The position numbers and the translations under genes are program-made. Under the pieces are notes generated by a model. It ran no database searches. It saw nothing but the letters and a program-made list of their open reading frames with translations, and had not been told where the DNA came from. A stretch of DNA of 64,000 bases from Paraspadella gotoi (taxonomy: Eukaryota > Animalia > Chaetognatha). The stretch covers positions 28,967,939 through 29,031,938 of the forward strand of contig CM119264.1 of assembly GCA_051294375.1 (NCBI GenBank). Reading direction: 5' to 3'. Shown one piece after another: positions 27,280-41,612 of this stretch (positions are counted from its first letter, which is position 1; each line of letters starts with the position of its first letter).

Positions 27280-27531
27280 TATCTCACCGATGCAGAGGCT
27301 TTAATAAAAAATCATTTAAATATCACTTTATCTTTTACGAAAAAATTAAATTACCGACAGGATTTGTCGGGTACCGACTATTAGTAAATTTTGCTGAATT
27401 ACTTATTTTTACTATTACTAAATTAATTTTTATTTGATTTGGTTTATCAAACCGTATTTGATCGAAACGTTCTGACGCTCAAATTCGGGCCTGGGCCTTT
27501 TGTACTCCTGACGATGGCACGGTCACGAGCG

Positions 27532-27625
<94 letters not shown>

Positions 27626-27783
27626 CTCTCTCCTCTCTCATCGTCATTGATTGAATCCAGGAGGCAACTTCGATTTTCAAATCGATTCAAGAAGGAGAAA
27701 GAAAACAGGTAAATAAATAGATAAATTCTCTCTCTCTCTCTCTCTCTTCTTTTTTTTTTCTCTCTCTCTCTCTCTCTCTCTAC

Positions 27784-27822
<39 letters not shown>

Positions 27823-30800
27823 TTTTTTTCTCTCTCTCTCTCACTCGTCATTGATTAATAACCAGTTGGAGCAACTTCGATTTTCAAATCGATTCAAGAA
27901 AGAGCAAAGAAAACAGGTACATAAATAAGATAAATCTCGATTGAATCCGCACAATTAGTCGAGAACTCAGAAACCTTACTTGATAAATGTATATCAGTGA
28001 AAAGTTGAAATGTTTAATTGCAGTAATTAGAATATCCAGATCAAACTGTACGTTATGAATTCAACTTACTTTCTGGCCATTTGATATCAATCGTGTTTGC
28101 CATTTGTAGTCTGATCAGTACTTGATCAGTCTTTGATCAGATGATTAGTTCAATGGTCTTTCTTCTCTAATCTCTCTCTCTTTCATTCATCTATCTATTT
28201 ATTATTAAATGTAATTTAGCATAAAAAGAAAACAGGCTGTTAAGAAGTTGCGGATAGCACTTCTTTCAGCCCCACTTAGGCCGCCATTATTCCACATTTC
28301 TTACAGACAAAGAGAGAAAGATTTTATTTTAAATTTAAATAACAAGTTTGAGCAAACAGATTGCGCGGATCTGCCTACGATCATTAGCGGTAAGCAGCTA
28401 ATTCAGAGTAATTTAATAATTAATATTAATTTTTTTTTTATTTCGTGTCAAAAATCGTTTTTCCACTTTTGTCTCGCCTCTCATCACAAAACAGCCAATC
28501 TCGATCACAAAATTAATTAATTAATTAATTACAAATAATTAATTAATTACTCTATTTATTAATAATTAATTAATGCCAGCTTGAATTTACATTTATATAT
28601 AAAAATAAAAAAAGCATAATCAAATAGTGAAATAGATTGTTTTTTTAACTTCTTTACTCATTTCCACTTGACGCGATTTCCATGGAAACTTTATTTTTTC
28701 TGCTTAATCACACACTTTCCTATCAACGTACACAAATGTTGAAGTCAATCGCCCCATTCACTAACTGAGTAATTTGGCTTGAAATATATTTTTTGGGGTT
28801 TTTTCCATTTTAACTCATTGTGCCACTCCGGAACGTTCCCGGCTAAAAACTTTTATCTTGTCAAGTCTTACCCGGAGTGATTTGATAACGTACTATACTA
28901 ATGAAAGTTCTGACACCAATGGAGAAAAAAAATGAAACCGGAGTTTTTTTCCAGGCGCTTAATATTTTTATGAAACTTATAAATTCCAAAAAAAGATAAA
29001 TAATTACAAAACATATGTATAAATGTATTTAGAACCTACTTTTTTTACGATTTTGCTAACTTTATTAGTTGTGAGTCATATAAGATAATCTTTTCAGTTA
29101 TTTTCTTTTCCAGGGGGGATTATATAGTGACTTCGCTCTTTGAGCTATCTCTCTCTCTCTCTCTTCGCTACTCTCTCCTCTCTCGCTCTCTTTCTCTCTC
29201 TCTCTCTCTCTCTATCTCTCTTTCTCTCTCTCTCTCTCTCTTAACTCATCCTTCACTCTCACTGTCTTTGTTTGTCCGGATCTGTTCTGGCAAGAGATTT
29301 TCCTTTTCGCGGAGAAACAAGATTAATTTGTAATATTCATTTGGGGTAAGTATTAAATACATTTCTTGGCTACAATAACAATGATATTTCAGTCTTTTTT
29401 TATTGTAAGTGAAATGTTTTTGTACTTTTAAATGTTGTTCTTTCTTATTATATATGCTTTACCATTTTAATATATAGTTTTTTAGGAACTTTTTTAACTC
29501 TAGGGACCAAATGTTAAAGAGAGAGAAAAGCTGACAATTTTGACTGAAATATTATTATTACAAATGATCATCTCTATATGAGCAATTTCTTTTATTTTTC
29601 GTTATGTTCGTCGTCGGTCGTCGGTTGGCTACTTGTTCTTCAGATTTCGGATTTAAGGATTCGCTGACTGAGCATATAGAGTTACCCAAATTTTTAATTA
29701 CACCAGATGAAGGTCACGACTCATTTTTATTAGGTTCTTTTTTGTTCTGTAGAAGACATTGGACCTGATAAACCTGAAAAAACTTGACCGGAAAGGGACT
29801 CTCCAGAGTTTCCAAGTGATCCGAGTACTTTTGCGGTTATTTCTTTGATCGTAATCTTATTTATTGTGAAATTAATTTAAGAGGATTTTTAATAAAAATT
29901 AAGATTTAATCAATACTATGATTTGGGTTTTTTTAAAGTATATTTTTGCTGTTAGACTTTATATTTTTTTATTAAACCTTTTATTTTAAATAAATTTTTA
30001 ATTAATTAATATAATGATTATAAATATAAAAATATAAAGATGATTCATTAGTTTTTTGATTAATTAATACTTAACTAAAAGTTATTCCTAATTTTTGAGA
30101 AGAATAAATATTAAAAAAATAATATTTTAGCAGTACTTACTAAAAATAAAATCAAAATACACCAAATCATTAAACTTTAAAAACTAAAAAAAAAAATGGT
30201 TAAAAATTAGTAAATATCAAAAAGCTGTTTGTGGAAAATGGCCCAATTTATTACTTTTGTTTGCCATGAGTAATGTTTTCTCCAAGGTAAATTCTAAACT
30301 TTATTGTTTTTGTATAACAGATTCAAATCTAACAACAGTATTCATAAAAAATTAAAAGTAAAAAATTTTGTCATCTACTCTGGTCTTGGCCTTATTCGAA
30401 ATTGCTAGATAGCAGTATATTATTGATCAAGTAAATTGTTGGATATGGTATCAAACATAATAAACTAAAGGGGAAATATTGTATTAACTCTTAGTATGAC
30501 AATCTCTTTCTTCAATTTATTCAACGCTGATTGAAACTTTCTTAGTAGTCAATATTTCAAGTTCAAATCTTGCTAATTGTAAACTCTTGGGCGCATTTTT
30601 CAAACTATTAGTTGACATCAAACGGGCGAAACCTTTACGCTGACTTATTCTTTCACGTCATCGTCGTCGTCGTCGTCATCGTCCTCATCCCCCGGTAAAT
30701 GGTCCACGGGAATGTTCTTTGAAGTCATATCAACGCCTTCTGTCCCGACTTGCTTGAGAATCTTCCAGCGGTAATCGAAGGCCGCCATCTAGCGATCGCT

Positions 30801-31078
30801 CCGAGTAGAATTTCGTCTACAGTTCCGGCACTATGGCAGAAAANNNNNNNNNNNNNNNNNNNNNNNNNTTTGAAAGAACCCGTTCAGTGCTACATGACTG
30901 AATTGCAATAGAGAATTCAAAAGAATCTGTCCACCTGGCGAAAGCGGAATCCAATGTTACGCCTGCAGTAAATGCAGGTGATCTTTAACTTCAAATTTGT
31001 TAGCTGGGTGAAAAGGGAAAAAAACATGTTTGTGAAAATAAAAAAAAATATATTCTTCAATAAGTTTAGTTTAGATAA

Positions 31079-31336
31079 TATAACATTAATACTGGTTGTC
31101 TGTAATTGCTCATCTTGGCGGGGGGGGGGCGTTGTCGGTATCTCACCTGTAATGTTTGGGCCTTTGGACCTTCTGTGGTAAACCCTCCACATGAGCCCGT
31201 TACAACGAAATATTACCCTGTGGAAGTCCTTAGGACTGTGGGTAAAATACACTGTAGAAATGTGCGTAGCCCGGCTGACTCATGCTGATTGGACTACGAA
31301 GCCAGGGAGAGAAGAAAGTGCAGCTTATACGCTACA
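31079..31336 (-). mobile_element. Solo LTR, family D (duplicate of 6317-6561)
   Basis: Colinear with 6317-6561. Confidence 0.65.
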
Positions 31337-32649
31337 TAATATATATATATCAATGAGAGATTAGGATAGGGATTAGGCCAAAGAATAGAGTTAGAGATTA
31401 TGGGAAGATGGGTATTATTATTATTATTATTATTAATTATTATTATTATTATTATATTATTATTATTATTATATTATTATTATTATTATGGTATATTACT
31501 GGAGATGTATCTAGATAATGGTAGGTACTAACTAGTCTCTCATCAGGGAAAAGAGGTAAGAAGGTAAGGAATATATTGGTAATAAGAAATAGCCTACAAC
31601 AAAGGCGAACAAGCGGTACAAAAAGGGAGAGAAGGGAGAGGAAGGTTGCAGACCCGAGACCGAGAGGAGAAGTTGAGAGAGTCAGTCCGATCTCCAAGAC
31701 CCTCATCCAGTGACTCCGGGATGAAGAGGAGGGACGACGAGGGGAGGAGGAGGCGTTGAGAGGGGAAGAAAGGCCCGGGGGAGAGAGAGGTTGTGGCGTA
31801 AGCGTGAGCCTCTGTCTTGGTTAGTCATTAAGGTTTTAGGGTTAAAGATAAGTTAAAGATTAAACTTATATGGTTAATTTTGGGTTATTAATTGGTAATA
31901 AATTAAGTTAAATTAAAAACCAAAATAAGTCGCTTTTGAAAAAAAGAGCCGAGCTAATATATCGTCATTCCCTTTCCTTCAACAATGCCGGCCTCCCCAA
32001 ACAGAAATCCCCAAGGACAGTCCGTCTTCCGTCGGCAACTACGTCGACTAGACCAAAATCGGACCAACCGACTCTTGACGGGTGGTCCGTACGGGCGTAC
32101 GAGACGGAGGTACGGATGAACGACGCCACGGACGGAATCGATAAACGGCAACGACGAGGTGCAGGTCGATAACCGCCTAGGATTCAGAATCGGATGAAGA
32201 TGACAAAGGAGACGACAAAGTAATTGAGGTTGACAAAGAAAGAGGGCGACAAAAGTGCCGAGGTTGATTTACCGACGACGAACATGGTTCATCTCTCTCG
32301 ATCAAAGGAGATGAACCGATTAAGACCGAGCGACCATCGTCGACTTGTCCTCCTCCTGAGGATGAGGAGGAGGAGGAGAAAGAAACGACGACGTCACGAC
32401 GACGACGACGACACAAAGGCCGCAAAGCGAAAGAAAAGACATGAATGGAAAAGAAAACTGTTCTCGCCTTTTGGTAAAATTTAAAAAAAAATTTAAAAAA
32501 AATTTTAAAAAATTTTAAGATTTTTTTTAAATTTTAAAAAATTCAAGGACATGGTTCCCCATTAGTTTTAGAGAGTTCGAGAAAAAATAATTAGGATATT
32601 AAATTCCATTCATAAAGTTTATGTCTCTTCTGTTTATATCTCCCACTTG

Positions 32650-32705
<56 letters not shown>

Positions 32706-35700
32706 TTAGCTCATTAACAAAGCCCGGAGACGAGATTTCTTGTTGTCGTTGTTGTCGTCGGGCTTCTGGACAAGGGGCGTGCACACAAAAAAAAGACCTC
32801 CAGGTTAACGCCCTGCTCCTTCCTCCAATCCGGAAGGTTGGGCGATCGAGACATCTCTCTTCCCGTTCCACTAATATAAAAAGGGAAGGCTGAGAGCCTT
32901 ATAATAGAGAAATCAACAAACTAACGTAAAAAATTCCTAATATTTGTAAAGTATTGTTGTAAACCTCTCGTCTCAAATAAATTAACTTCTTTAAAGTTGA
33001 AACTAAAAATAGAAATAACAATATCGCAACTACCTCGTCTTGATTTGTAAAGAAAGCGAAAATTCTAAGTATACGAAATAGACAACCAGTAACTAGCTAG
33101 CAACTAACGACGGCACCTCATTCCATCTCGAACAAAACCTCGTACGTTTTTAAAATCGGCTAATAAATAAATGATTTTCGCTTACGAAGTTTTTATTCTT
33201 ACCGAATTCCGATCGAATAAAAAAAAATTTTAAAAAAAATTTTAAAAAATCGATTTTTCGTTTTTTGTTAAAGTTTTCGATCTATAATTCATTATAATTT
33301 TATAATGAGAAAATATTTTTTTAAAATGTATATGAAATTGGTACAACTAATATAAAAATTATCCATTCATTTAATAATTAAGCTATCTTGCCCATTACTT
33401 TGGACAGGTTTGGTGGTTTAAGGCCTCATCACTCTTACAAGATAATGGCAGGTCTCTGCAAGCTTTTAATGAAGACTCACTCACAGTCTGGTTTATACAC
33501 TCCCAGAGTACCTGCTTCCCTTATCAAGGAAGTCGAATAATGTTTCAAAGAATATTTACAATTCAAATTGCACATAGATTTAAATGGTTCATCGTTTTGC
33601 TTTGTAAGTAGCTATCATAGCTGCTATGCCTATGGTTAACATTAATTATTTTAGTACTATGGTAATGGCAAAAAAACAATTATAATTATTAGCATTTTTA
33701 TCAAATTTTTTTAGCCACACTACGAATAAGTAAGACGAATAACTAAGTGAAAAAGAATCAAATTATAATGAAAAAAATATTTTTGAACAATTTTAAATGT
33801 CAAATATCAAAAGTAAACCAGAAGCGCAGAGACAACCGCCGCCAGGAAGATCTGGCAAACGCTGCGTCTTTAGGAGTGCCGAAGAGAAAACCGTGCAGCG
33901 GCACCAAATCCAAACAAAGAGCGAGCCAGGGTCGCCGCGCTTTACTGGACAGTGAAACGAATGAGAGGAGGCCTGAATCCAGCGAAGAGAGACAATCTCT
34001 GAGGGCGATGGCGGAGAAAAAAGAGAGCGTTGGAACAAGAACTCGGCGAGACTGGAAGTTGTGACGAGTCGAGATGCGCAGTATGAGGCTGCAAACCAAG
34101 GAGAAAATGACCAACGTGAACCAAATTATTACTTTCTTTAAAATCTTTTTAAACAAGTCTTGAGCAAACAAGTGTCGGATCTGCAAGTTAAGAAAAAGAT
34201 GCAAGTTAAAAAAAGATACAAAGTTGAAAAAATGACGCGAATTTTAAAATGATGCAATGAAAAAATGATATGAGTTGAAAAAATGATGTGAGTGGAAAAA
34301 ATGATGCGAGTTAAAAAAAGATTTTAAAAATTGTGATTTATCATCTGAATTAGCTGATTACCGCTTAATTATCGTAAGCAGATCCGACATTGTTTGCCTG
34401 TTTGCTCAAACTTGTTTTTTGATATCCAGTTCACTAATCGTAATTTAATCAAAAACCTAATTAAACAATGAAAGCGCAAAAAAAATTATTATAAAGTCTT
34501 GTCGGTTAACGAGTATGAAAAACAAGTCGGGTCACTCTCAATTCCCAATATTTTACCAACTGCAATACTTTATATCTTAAAAAATGATAATTTTTTAAAC
34601 TTGTATAATTTTCCAATTTGCATAATTTTTTAAACTTGCATAATTTTTTAACTTGCAGCATTTTTTCGACTTTTAACTATCTAGTTATCGAGTTTCATTA
34701 GTGAGGCAGTGAGGAAGTTGAAATGTGAGTCCATTTTCTTTGTTTCATATCGATTCAAATATTTTTTGTTTGAATTTCTATTTAATTATGATTTACTGCA
34801 ATATTCAAATTAGATTATGGTAATTTTCTTTGATAGTAAGGACTGGCGAGATCACTATTCTTTTAAGATTTTTTATTTTGTTTCCCTTCGGAAGTGATAA
34901 AATGTTTCATAGAATGTTTCAATTGTATAAAAGGACCACTTCGTTTTCATTTTTTAAACTCCTTTACCTTCTCAAAAGAGAAAAACAACCATTTAACTCA
35001 AAAAGAAAAAGCGCAGAAAGACGTCGCCAGGCAACGAAACGCCTGTCAAACGTCGCCAGGCAACTTAACGCCAGTCAAACGTCTCTAGGCGACCGAACAC
35101 CTGTCGAACGTCCATCAAACTTCACTCTAGTTTGACGTAGAAATTCGTCACAATTCACGCTTGATTCTTTCACAATCACAATTCATTAGATTCCATAATA
35201 AATTTCATTTGGACTTGTGACGCACGACGCGTCGCATGACAACCAGAGTCCGTAAAAAAGTTTCCCAAAGACCAAGTAATGATCCGATCACGTGAATCGT
35301 GACTCTCGTACTCCATTTCGTGCGTGACTCTTGCGACTTTAGTTTCTTGATTGTTGTGAAGTGAAAAGCTTGGTTGAGTAAAAGTGCTGGGTTAAAACGG
35401 TTTTTTTTTAGAAAGTGAATGGTTTACAAATGAAAAAAATTATACCTGCCACTGGAGTGTCTAGTAATATCGAAAAGGAATCATGAAAGAGCCAATTTTG
35501 GAGGCATACCTAAATTTGATGCTTGCATAAAATCGCGTTGCTATCACGGGAGTGATTTTTTAATTACGATTTAAGGCAGAGTTACTCAGCTACTATATAT
35601 ATACTGTTAAACATGTTCATGAACATTTCTAAAGTCCATTCGTGTCTTTATTGATGTTTTCTTAGCAGTTTTAACCTTTTTATTAACCTTTTCTATCAGC

Positions 35701-35860
35701 TACACCTTTTTCTCCAACTGCACCAGCATTGAATTTGGCGGGAAAATGAATCGTCGCATCTTTTCTCGGAAATCGATTCACATTTCGTGAAGGCGTCGAC
35801 AGCGTATCGCGAAACGATCTCTTGCGGGTGAGATCGGACGAGTTCTCAATCTTTCCTACG

Positions 35861-35891
<31 letters not shown>

Positions 35892-36478
35892 TTTTTCTTT
35901 CTTTCTTTCTCTCTTACTTTCACTTTCACTTTCCGTTCTCACCTTCCCTTATACTACATTGCATTTTAAGTCATCTGTAACCAATCTTCATTAATAATTC
36001 GGTTACATCCTGCCGTCTTTCTTTTCTTCCTGTTTTACCTTTCTTTTTCTCTACAGCTTGATAATGTTTAGTACTTTTCTTTTCTTTCTTAAGATAAGAA
36101 AGCAAGTTTGTATTTTTTTTTCTTTTTTCCCCTTCTCTTTTCTCTCATTCTATTTTTATTTCTTTCCCCGCAACTCACCAGGGGCCACTTACCCATTGTT
36201 CCCTCGTGTCGTTTTCGCAACGCTCGCGCCGCAGACTAATTTAAATAAGAAAAGTGTTACATAAACGCGCTCTATAAATGAAGACGTTTAGACCGGATGT
36301 ACATCGAGATGAATGAAAAGTTTTATTCTTTGGAAAATTGCCTTTGCGGTTTTTCTTTTGTCGCTATTGAGAAATATGTACGGAGATGAAAAGAGAAAGT
36401 TAAAGAACGAGATACGGAAAGAGAAGAGACGAGAGAGCTGGAAGAGAAAGAAGAGAGAGAGAGAGTAGAGAGAGAGAG

Positions 36479-36513
<35 letters not shown>

Positions 36514-36539
36514 AGAGAATAAGAAAGAGAGATAAAGAA

Positions 36540-36587
<48 letters not shown>

Positions 36588-36641
36588 AAGAGAGAGAGAA
36601 TAAGAAAGAAAGAGAAAGAAAGAAGAGAGAGAAGAGAGAGA

Positions 36642-36682
<41 letters not shown>

Positions 36683-36704
36683 AGAAAAGAGAGAGGAAAG
36701 AAGA

Positions 36705-36743
<39 letters not shown>

Positions 36744-38479
36744 CGAGAGCTCGTAAAAAGTTGAGTATGAATCGAGATCAGAATTTCTTTTTTCTATTCA
36801 GGATTTTTTTTCGATTCCACGATTTTACAGAATCAAAAACGTCGATGGTGAACCAGTTAATGGAATGTCGGACTGTTATAACCTTTGTCTAACTAAACAT
36901 CATATGTCTAATTCTAAGGTTTAAACGAATCATATCAAGAAGCTTTGCCCTGGTACTTTCTTTATAATATTATAAATCATCTTATTGTATAATCTTTTAA
37001 CTCTTTTATCATGACGTGCGATACGCTTAAAAAAGCTAATAAGGTTTTATATCCCTTGCCTCTCTTTATTCATGCTATGAGTTTTTTAACATTATAACTA
37101 TTCATAATATTCCTTTTTAATTTCCCCTCTTTCATATTTACCAACTCTTTAATGTTCTTCCTTCTAACTTAGTTCACAATCTCCCCACATTTTTCTCAAT
37201 CTTAATTATCACAATTTCTTCACTGAATCTCGACTCATGTTTTTTCCTCCTTTTTTCTTCCGACCTCACCTTGCATCTGCCTGCATCGGCTCGCATCGGC
37301 TTGCACCTGGTAGTTTTGCTCGGCTTTTCGTGAGATTTTGAAAGTAAACCTCGGTTCATTGGGAGAAAAAACTATAAAACAAACAAAATACTGAATTAAA
37401 CTATTTTGTTATCCTTTCTCACTATTACGTTTCGATAAAAACGTTTTTCGAAACATGTCCGTCTTTATTATAACAAAGAGTGGAGGACGGAATTTTTAGT
37501 GATAAAGAATTTGTAACCAAAGGAAAATGAAGGTGAGTCTATTTCAGTGAAACATCGAGGGGAAAATGCGCGAAGGAATAAAATTACAATGACTTTTATA
37601 TGAACTAATTTGTTTATCAAAGTAGGAATTCGAAAAGGGAATGGAATTTTAGGCTGAAAATAATATTGACATTTTTGTAATTCAAGGAATTTTCACATTC
37701 AATCTTCACTAAAGAAAAAATCATTGTTTGTAAACAATAAAAAATAAAAAATAAAAACAATAAAAACAATAGAAACTTATGTCGAAATATATGGAAAATT
37801 TATAAATTTCTTTTTTTTGCACTGCACTCCATTATGAAATTGAACTTTTTAATCAATAAAAACTTTGTTTTCTCTAGTTAAAATCTCTCGATATATTTAT
37901 TTCCCTTTATCCTCCTTCGTTCCGAAGTGGCGTGAACAATTTTCTTAGCCACACACTACTTTGAAACAGGTCGACTTGAAAATTTCTTTTCTCTCTGTCT
38001 ACAAACTGAAATAATTCACAATGTTTCTGAACATGCGAATTTTTGGCGTTAGTATTTGTTTTAAATTAAGGAATTTTATTTGTCGCTTTTCTTTTTCGCA
38101 AACTATGGACTTGGGTTCAATTCACAGGAAGTGGAAACCACATTCAAATCTTAATGTTTAAAAGAAATATCTTAGAGAGATGCAAAGCGTCTTGTTATAT
38201 CCGCATCTAAAAACTCCTGACTTTTTTTCGCGCACCATAGATCATCGCGTTCCCGAGAAAAAAAAAGGGGGCGCTGGTCTGAATGCCTCGTCTGGCACCG
38301 GAGACGCGATAGCGGAACTACGCCGCCAGGGGGTAGACGGTAACGGCGGCGGCGGCGGCTGCGGCGGCGGCTGCGGTGATGGTGGTACTTTTGAAAGAGG
38401 CGCCGCGAAAAGAAATAATTTTTTTCCCCGTTGAACCCGCGGCTTCGATTTGGGTCAGAGTCTGATTTCAAAGACTGTG

Positions 38480-38806
38480 TGGGCATTGGCGGCTTGGGTA
38501 TTGGCGGCGAGGGCATTGGCGGCGTGGGCATTGGCGGCGTGGGCATTGGCGGCTTGGGCATTGGCGGCGTGGGCATTGGCGACGTGGGCATTGGCGGCGT
38601 GGGCATTGGCGCGCTTGGGTATTGGCGGCTTGGGCATTGGCGGCGTGGGCATTGGGGCGAGGGCATTGGCGGCGTGGGCATTGGCGGCTTGGGTATTGGC
38701 GGCTTGGGCATCGGCGGCGTGGGCATTGGCGGCGTGGGAATTGGCGGCTTGGGTATTGGCGGCGTGGGCATTGGCGGAGTGGGCATTGGCGGTGTTAGTA
38801 TTGGCG
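38480..38806. repeat. 15-bp minisatellite (GGCATTGGCGGCKTG)~21; reads GIGG(V/L) on + or PPMPT/ANAHA on -
   Basis: Clean tandem units followed by ~400 bp of degenerate versions of the same repeat. Confidence 0.9.
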
Positions 38807-40546
38807 ACCTGGGCGGAGTTTGTGTCATTTCCACTGTCAGCGTGGCATTTGCGGTCCGGCACAGGCATTTATATTTGTGGCGATGGTATTCCTGACGTTG
38901 GCGTTTGACTCATTGGCGTTGATTGTCAGCATCGGCATAAGCATTTGCAGTATTGGATTTCGGTGCTTTGGCGTTAGGGGCATTGACACTGGCTATGGCG
39001 CTGTAGGCATCGGGATCGGCGGCAAAGGTATTGAGATTTGTCACCTTTGACAATTGCTGTATCAGCATTTTCGGCATTAGCGGAGTTGGCAGCGTCGGCA
39101 ACGTCGGCGTGAGCGACGTCGGCAACGTCGGCAACGTCGGCGTGTGCGACGTCGGCGTCTGAGGCGTCGACGGCGGCGAAAGTTTGGATGTTTGCTTCCG
39201 TCTTGAATTATGCGTCTGAGTCATGTGCTGAATGAGCCACCGCCACCGCCGCCGCTGCAGCCGACCGCCGCTGCAGCCGACCCCGCCGCCGCTGCAGCCG
39301 ACCGCCAACTCTGACTCTCTGTCTCCGAAATCGGTTCTCCGTTTTCACTGCCTCACCTTAAGTAAGGAAAAACCTATCAAGTTCGTATTGAATATTTTTT
39401 TGGTATTTTAGGATAACTGTTTATAATATGTATGTAGCAAATTAAAAAAAAAAGTAATTTTAAAGAAAGTTCAAAAGTACGTTCCGCTCACCTCGCTCAA
39501 AATGTGGGTCTTTCTTCTTCCCAAAAAGAGTTTTATTCCACTAGTAACTGAATTCGGGACTTTATTTTCCCGCCGCTCGGTTGTCTCTCCTGAAATTAAG
39601 TCGTTACTGCAGCCGAAAGATTTGTTGTTTGCAGAATATTATACCAACGAGGCAACCTCAGACTTTATAGTTTATTTTAATTATAATTTTCGGTCAATCA
39701 TCGTGACGTTGCCCTTCTCATGCTAAACTTTTCTCTTTTTTTAATTTTTTAATTCATAAACTTACTTATCATATTCATTACTCAAATATTCGTACAAAAT
39801 TATCGCCATTTGTAAAATAAGTCTGAAAGCAGAGGAAACTTAAACAAATCTTTTCTAAAACCTAATTTCTCAATTCACATTTAACTATGTATTAAAGAAT
39901 TTCCGTCCTTTTCTCTACCATCCTCTCCCCTTTACTTTCCCCCCACTCTTCGTTCTTCCCCCGCCCCCCCCCGCCCCCTTCCACGGCGTTTGTAAAAAGG
40001 CATCAAAGATTCGAGTCAAAAGATCGTCGACTCGATTTTATGTTTGGAAGAAGGAAAAAGGTTAAACAAGTTTCCTCGGCGAATATTTCGGGTTTTTTTT
40101 GTCTGAAAAGATTAAAGGAAAGGAAAAATAAAGAGGTGGGGGTTGAAAAGGAAAAAAGAGAGAAAGAAAGGGAGAAAGAAAAAAGGGAGAAAGAAAGAAA
40201 GAAAGTAAGAAAGAAAGAAAAAAAGGGAAAAAGAAAGAGAGAAAAAAGTAAGAGAGAAGGAATGATATCGTCAGCGACAACAACAACCACGATCAACAGC
40301 TGAGGAGGATGAGATGCACATAGAAGAACAGGAGGAGGAAGTGCTTGCTCCTGAGGATGAAGAGAGACGAGCAAGCGAGGAAGGAGTGGAGAGAAACTAG
40401 ACAATCTGTTCATGAGCGATCTGGGACTGAACTTTACAATAATTGCCAATATTGAATTTACACGTTTTCTGTCTCTGAAATTTATGTAAATAAGAAATAA
40501 ACAAATAGTCAAGTTTAAAACGAATTATTCATGGCTCTCGTTTATG

Positions 40547-40588
40547 TGGTGGCAGCGGTGAGATTCGAACCCACGCCTCCGAAGAGAC
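40547..40588 (-). pseudogene. tRNA-Leu 3' half (variable arm, T arm, acceptor 3' strand) with encoded CCA
   Basis: GTCTCTTCGGAGGCGTGGGTTCGAATCTCACCGCTGCCA+CCA matches the recalled 3' half of metazoan tRNA-Leu(AAG/TAG) at all but one base. 5' half absent. Confidence 0.85.
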
Positions 40589-41369
40589 ATGAGAGAGAAA
40601 GAAACAAGTTTGAGGAAACAATGTCGGATCTGCCCACGATCATTAGCGGTAAGCAGCTGATTAGATAATTAATTAATTAATTAAATAAAATAATTTTTTA
40701 ATATTAATTTTTTTCATTCGCGTAAAAAACGTTTTCCACTTTGTCTCGCCAATCAATCACAAAATTAATTAATAAATTGATTACAAAATAATTAATTACT
40801 AATTTATCAATAATAAAGAAAAAAACATAATCAAATTGGGAAATATATTTTTTTGTTTTTTCCATTTGAACTCATTTGAAGTTCATTCACGCTCTCTAAC
40901 TTGAGTAATGTACCATGCTTCCATGCTTAATGAATGAGTTAAAAAATAAAAAATTCTTGCCAAATCCATTTTCTCTCTATTTTCTGTAATAATTGACAAT
41001 GAATCTATTCATATAGTAATACACAATTGATAATTTGAGATATATATAACCCACAGCAATTAGTATCCCGAGCCCGGCATTCAGCAACAGTGATCATAAA
41101 CTACTGCTACAACTACTGGCCTCAAATTAATATATAATGTAATATGAAACAACAACAACCCAGATAAATGGCATCAGGATAACAATGATAACCTGAACAA
41201 ACCGCTTTGACCAAGCAATAACGATAACAGACAAACAGCATCAAGCAATAAAATTATCCGAATAACTAAAATTAAGACTAATGGTTTTGTAAATAAATTA
41301 CATTTAAACGATAAAGAAAAGATCTGAAACTAAAAAATGATATCTGAAATAATTGGCCCTAATCAAACG

Positions 41370-41612
41370 AACTTTAATTACTCAACCAAATTTTCTTAAG
41401 CAAACAAATAACAAGAATTACTCAAACCAAATAGCCTCAAGCCAACAAATAACTTGAATTACTCAAACCCAATGGCCTCATGCAAACAAATAACTACAAT
41501 TACTCAAACCCAATGGCCTCATGCAAACAAATAACTACAATTACTCAAACCCAATGGCCTCAAGCATACAAATAACTACAATTACTCAAACCCAATGGCC
41601 TCAAGCAAACCA
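41370..41612. repeat. 41-bp tandem repeat (~6 units) starting at the gene stop codon
   Basis: Unit AATAACTACAATTACTCAAACCCAATGGCCTCATGCAAACA at 41-nt period; also at ~23645-23890. Confidence 0.85.

Larger units (their letters stand above)
6115..29675. repeat. Segmental duplication / haplotype copy 1 (includes a tandem re-copy of ~8125-14085 starting at 14086)
   Basis: Colinear near-identity with 30869-48775. At 14086 the sequence jumps from the Gly-type minisatellite back to TCTCTCCCGTTCCACTAATATAAAAA (equivalent to ~8125). Confidence 0.9.
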
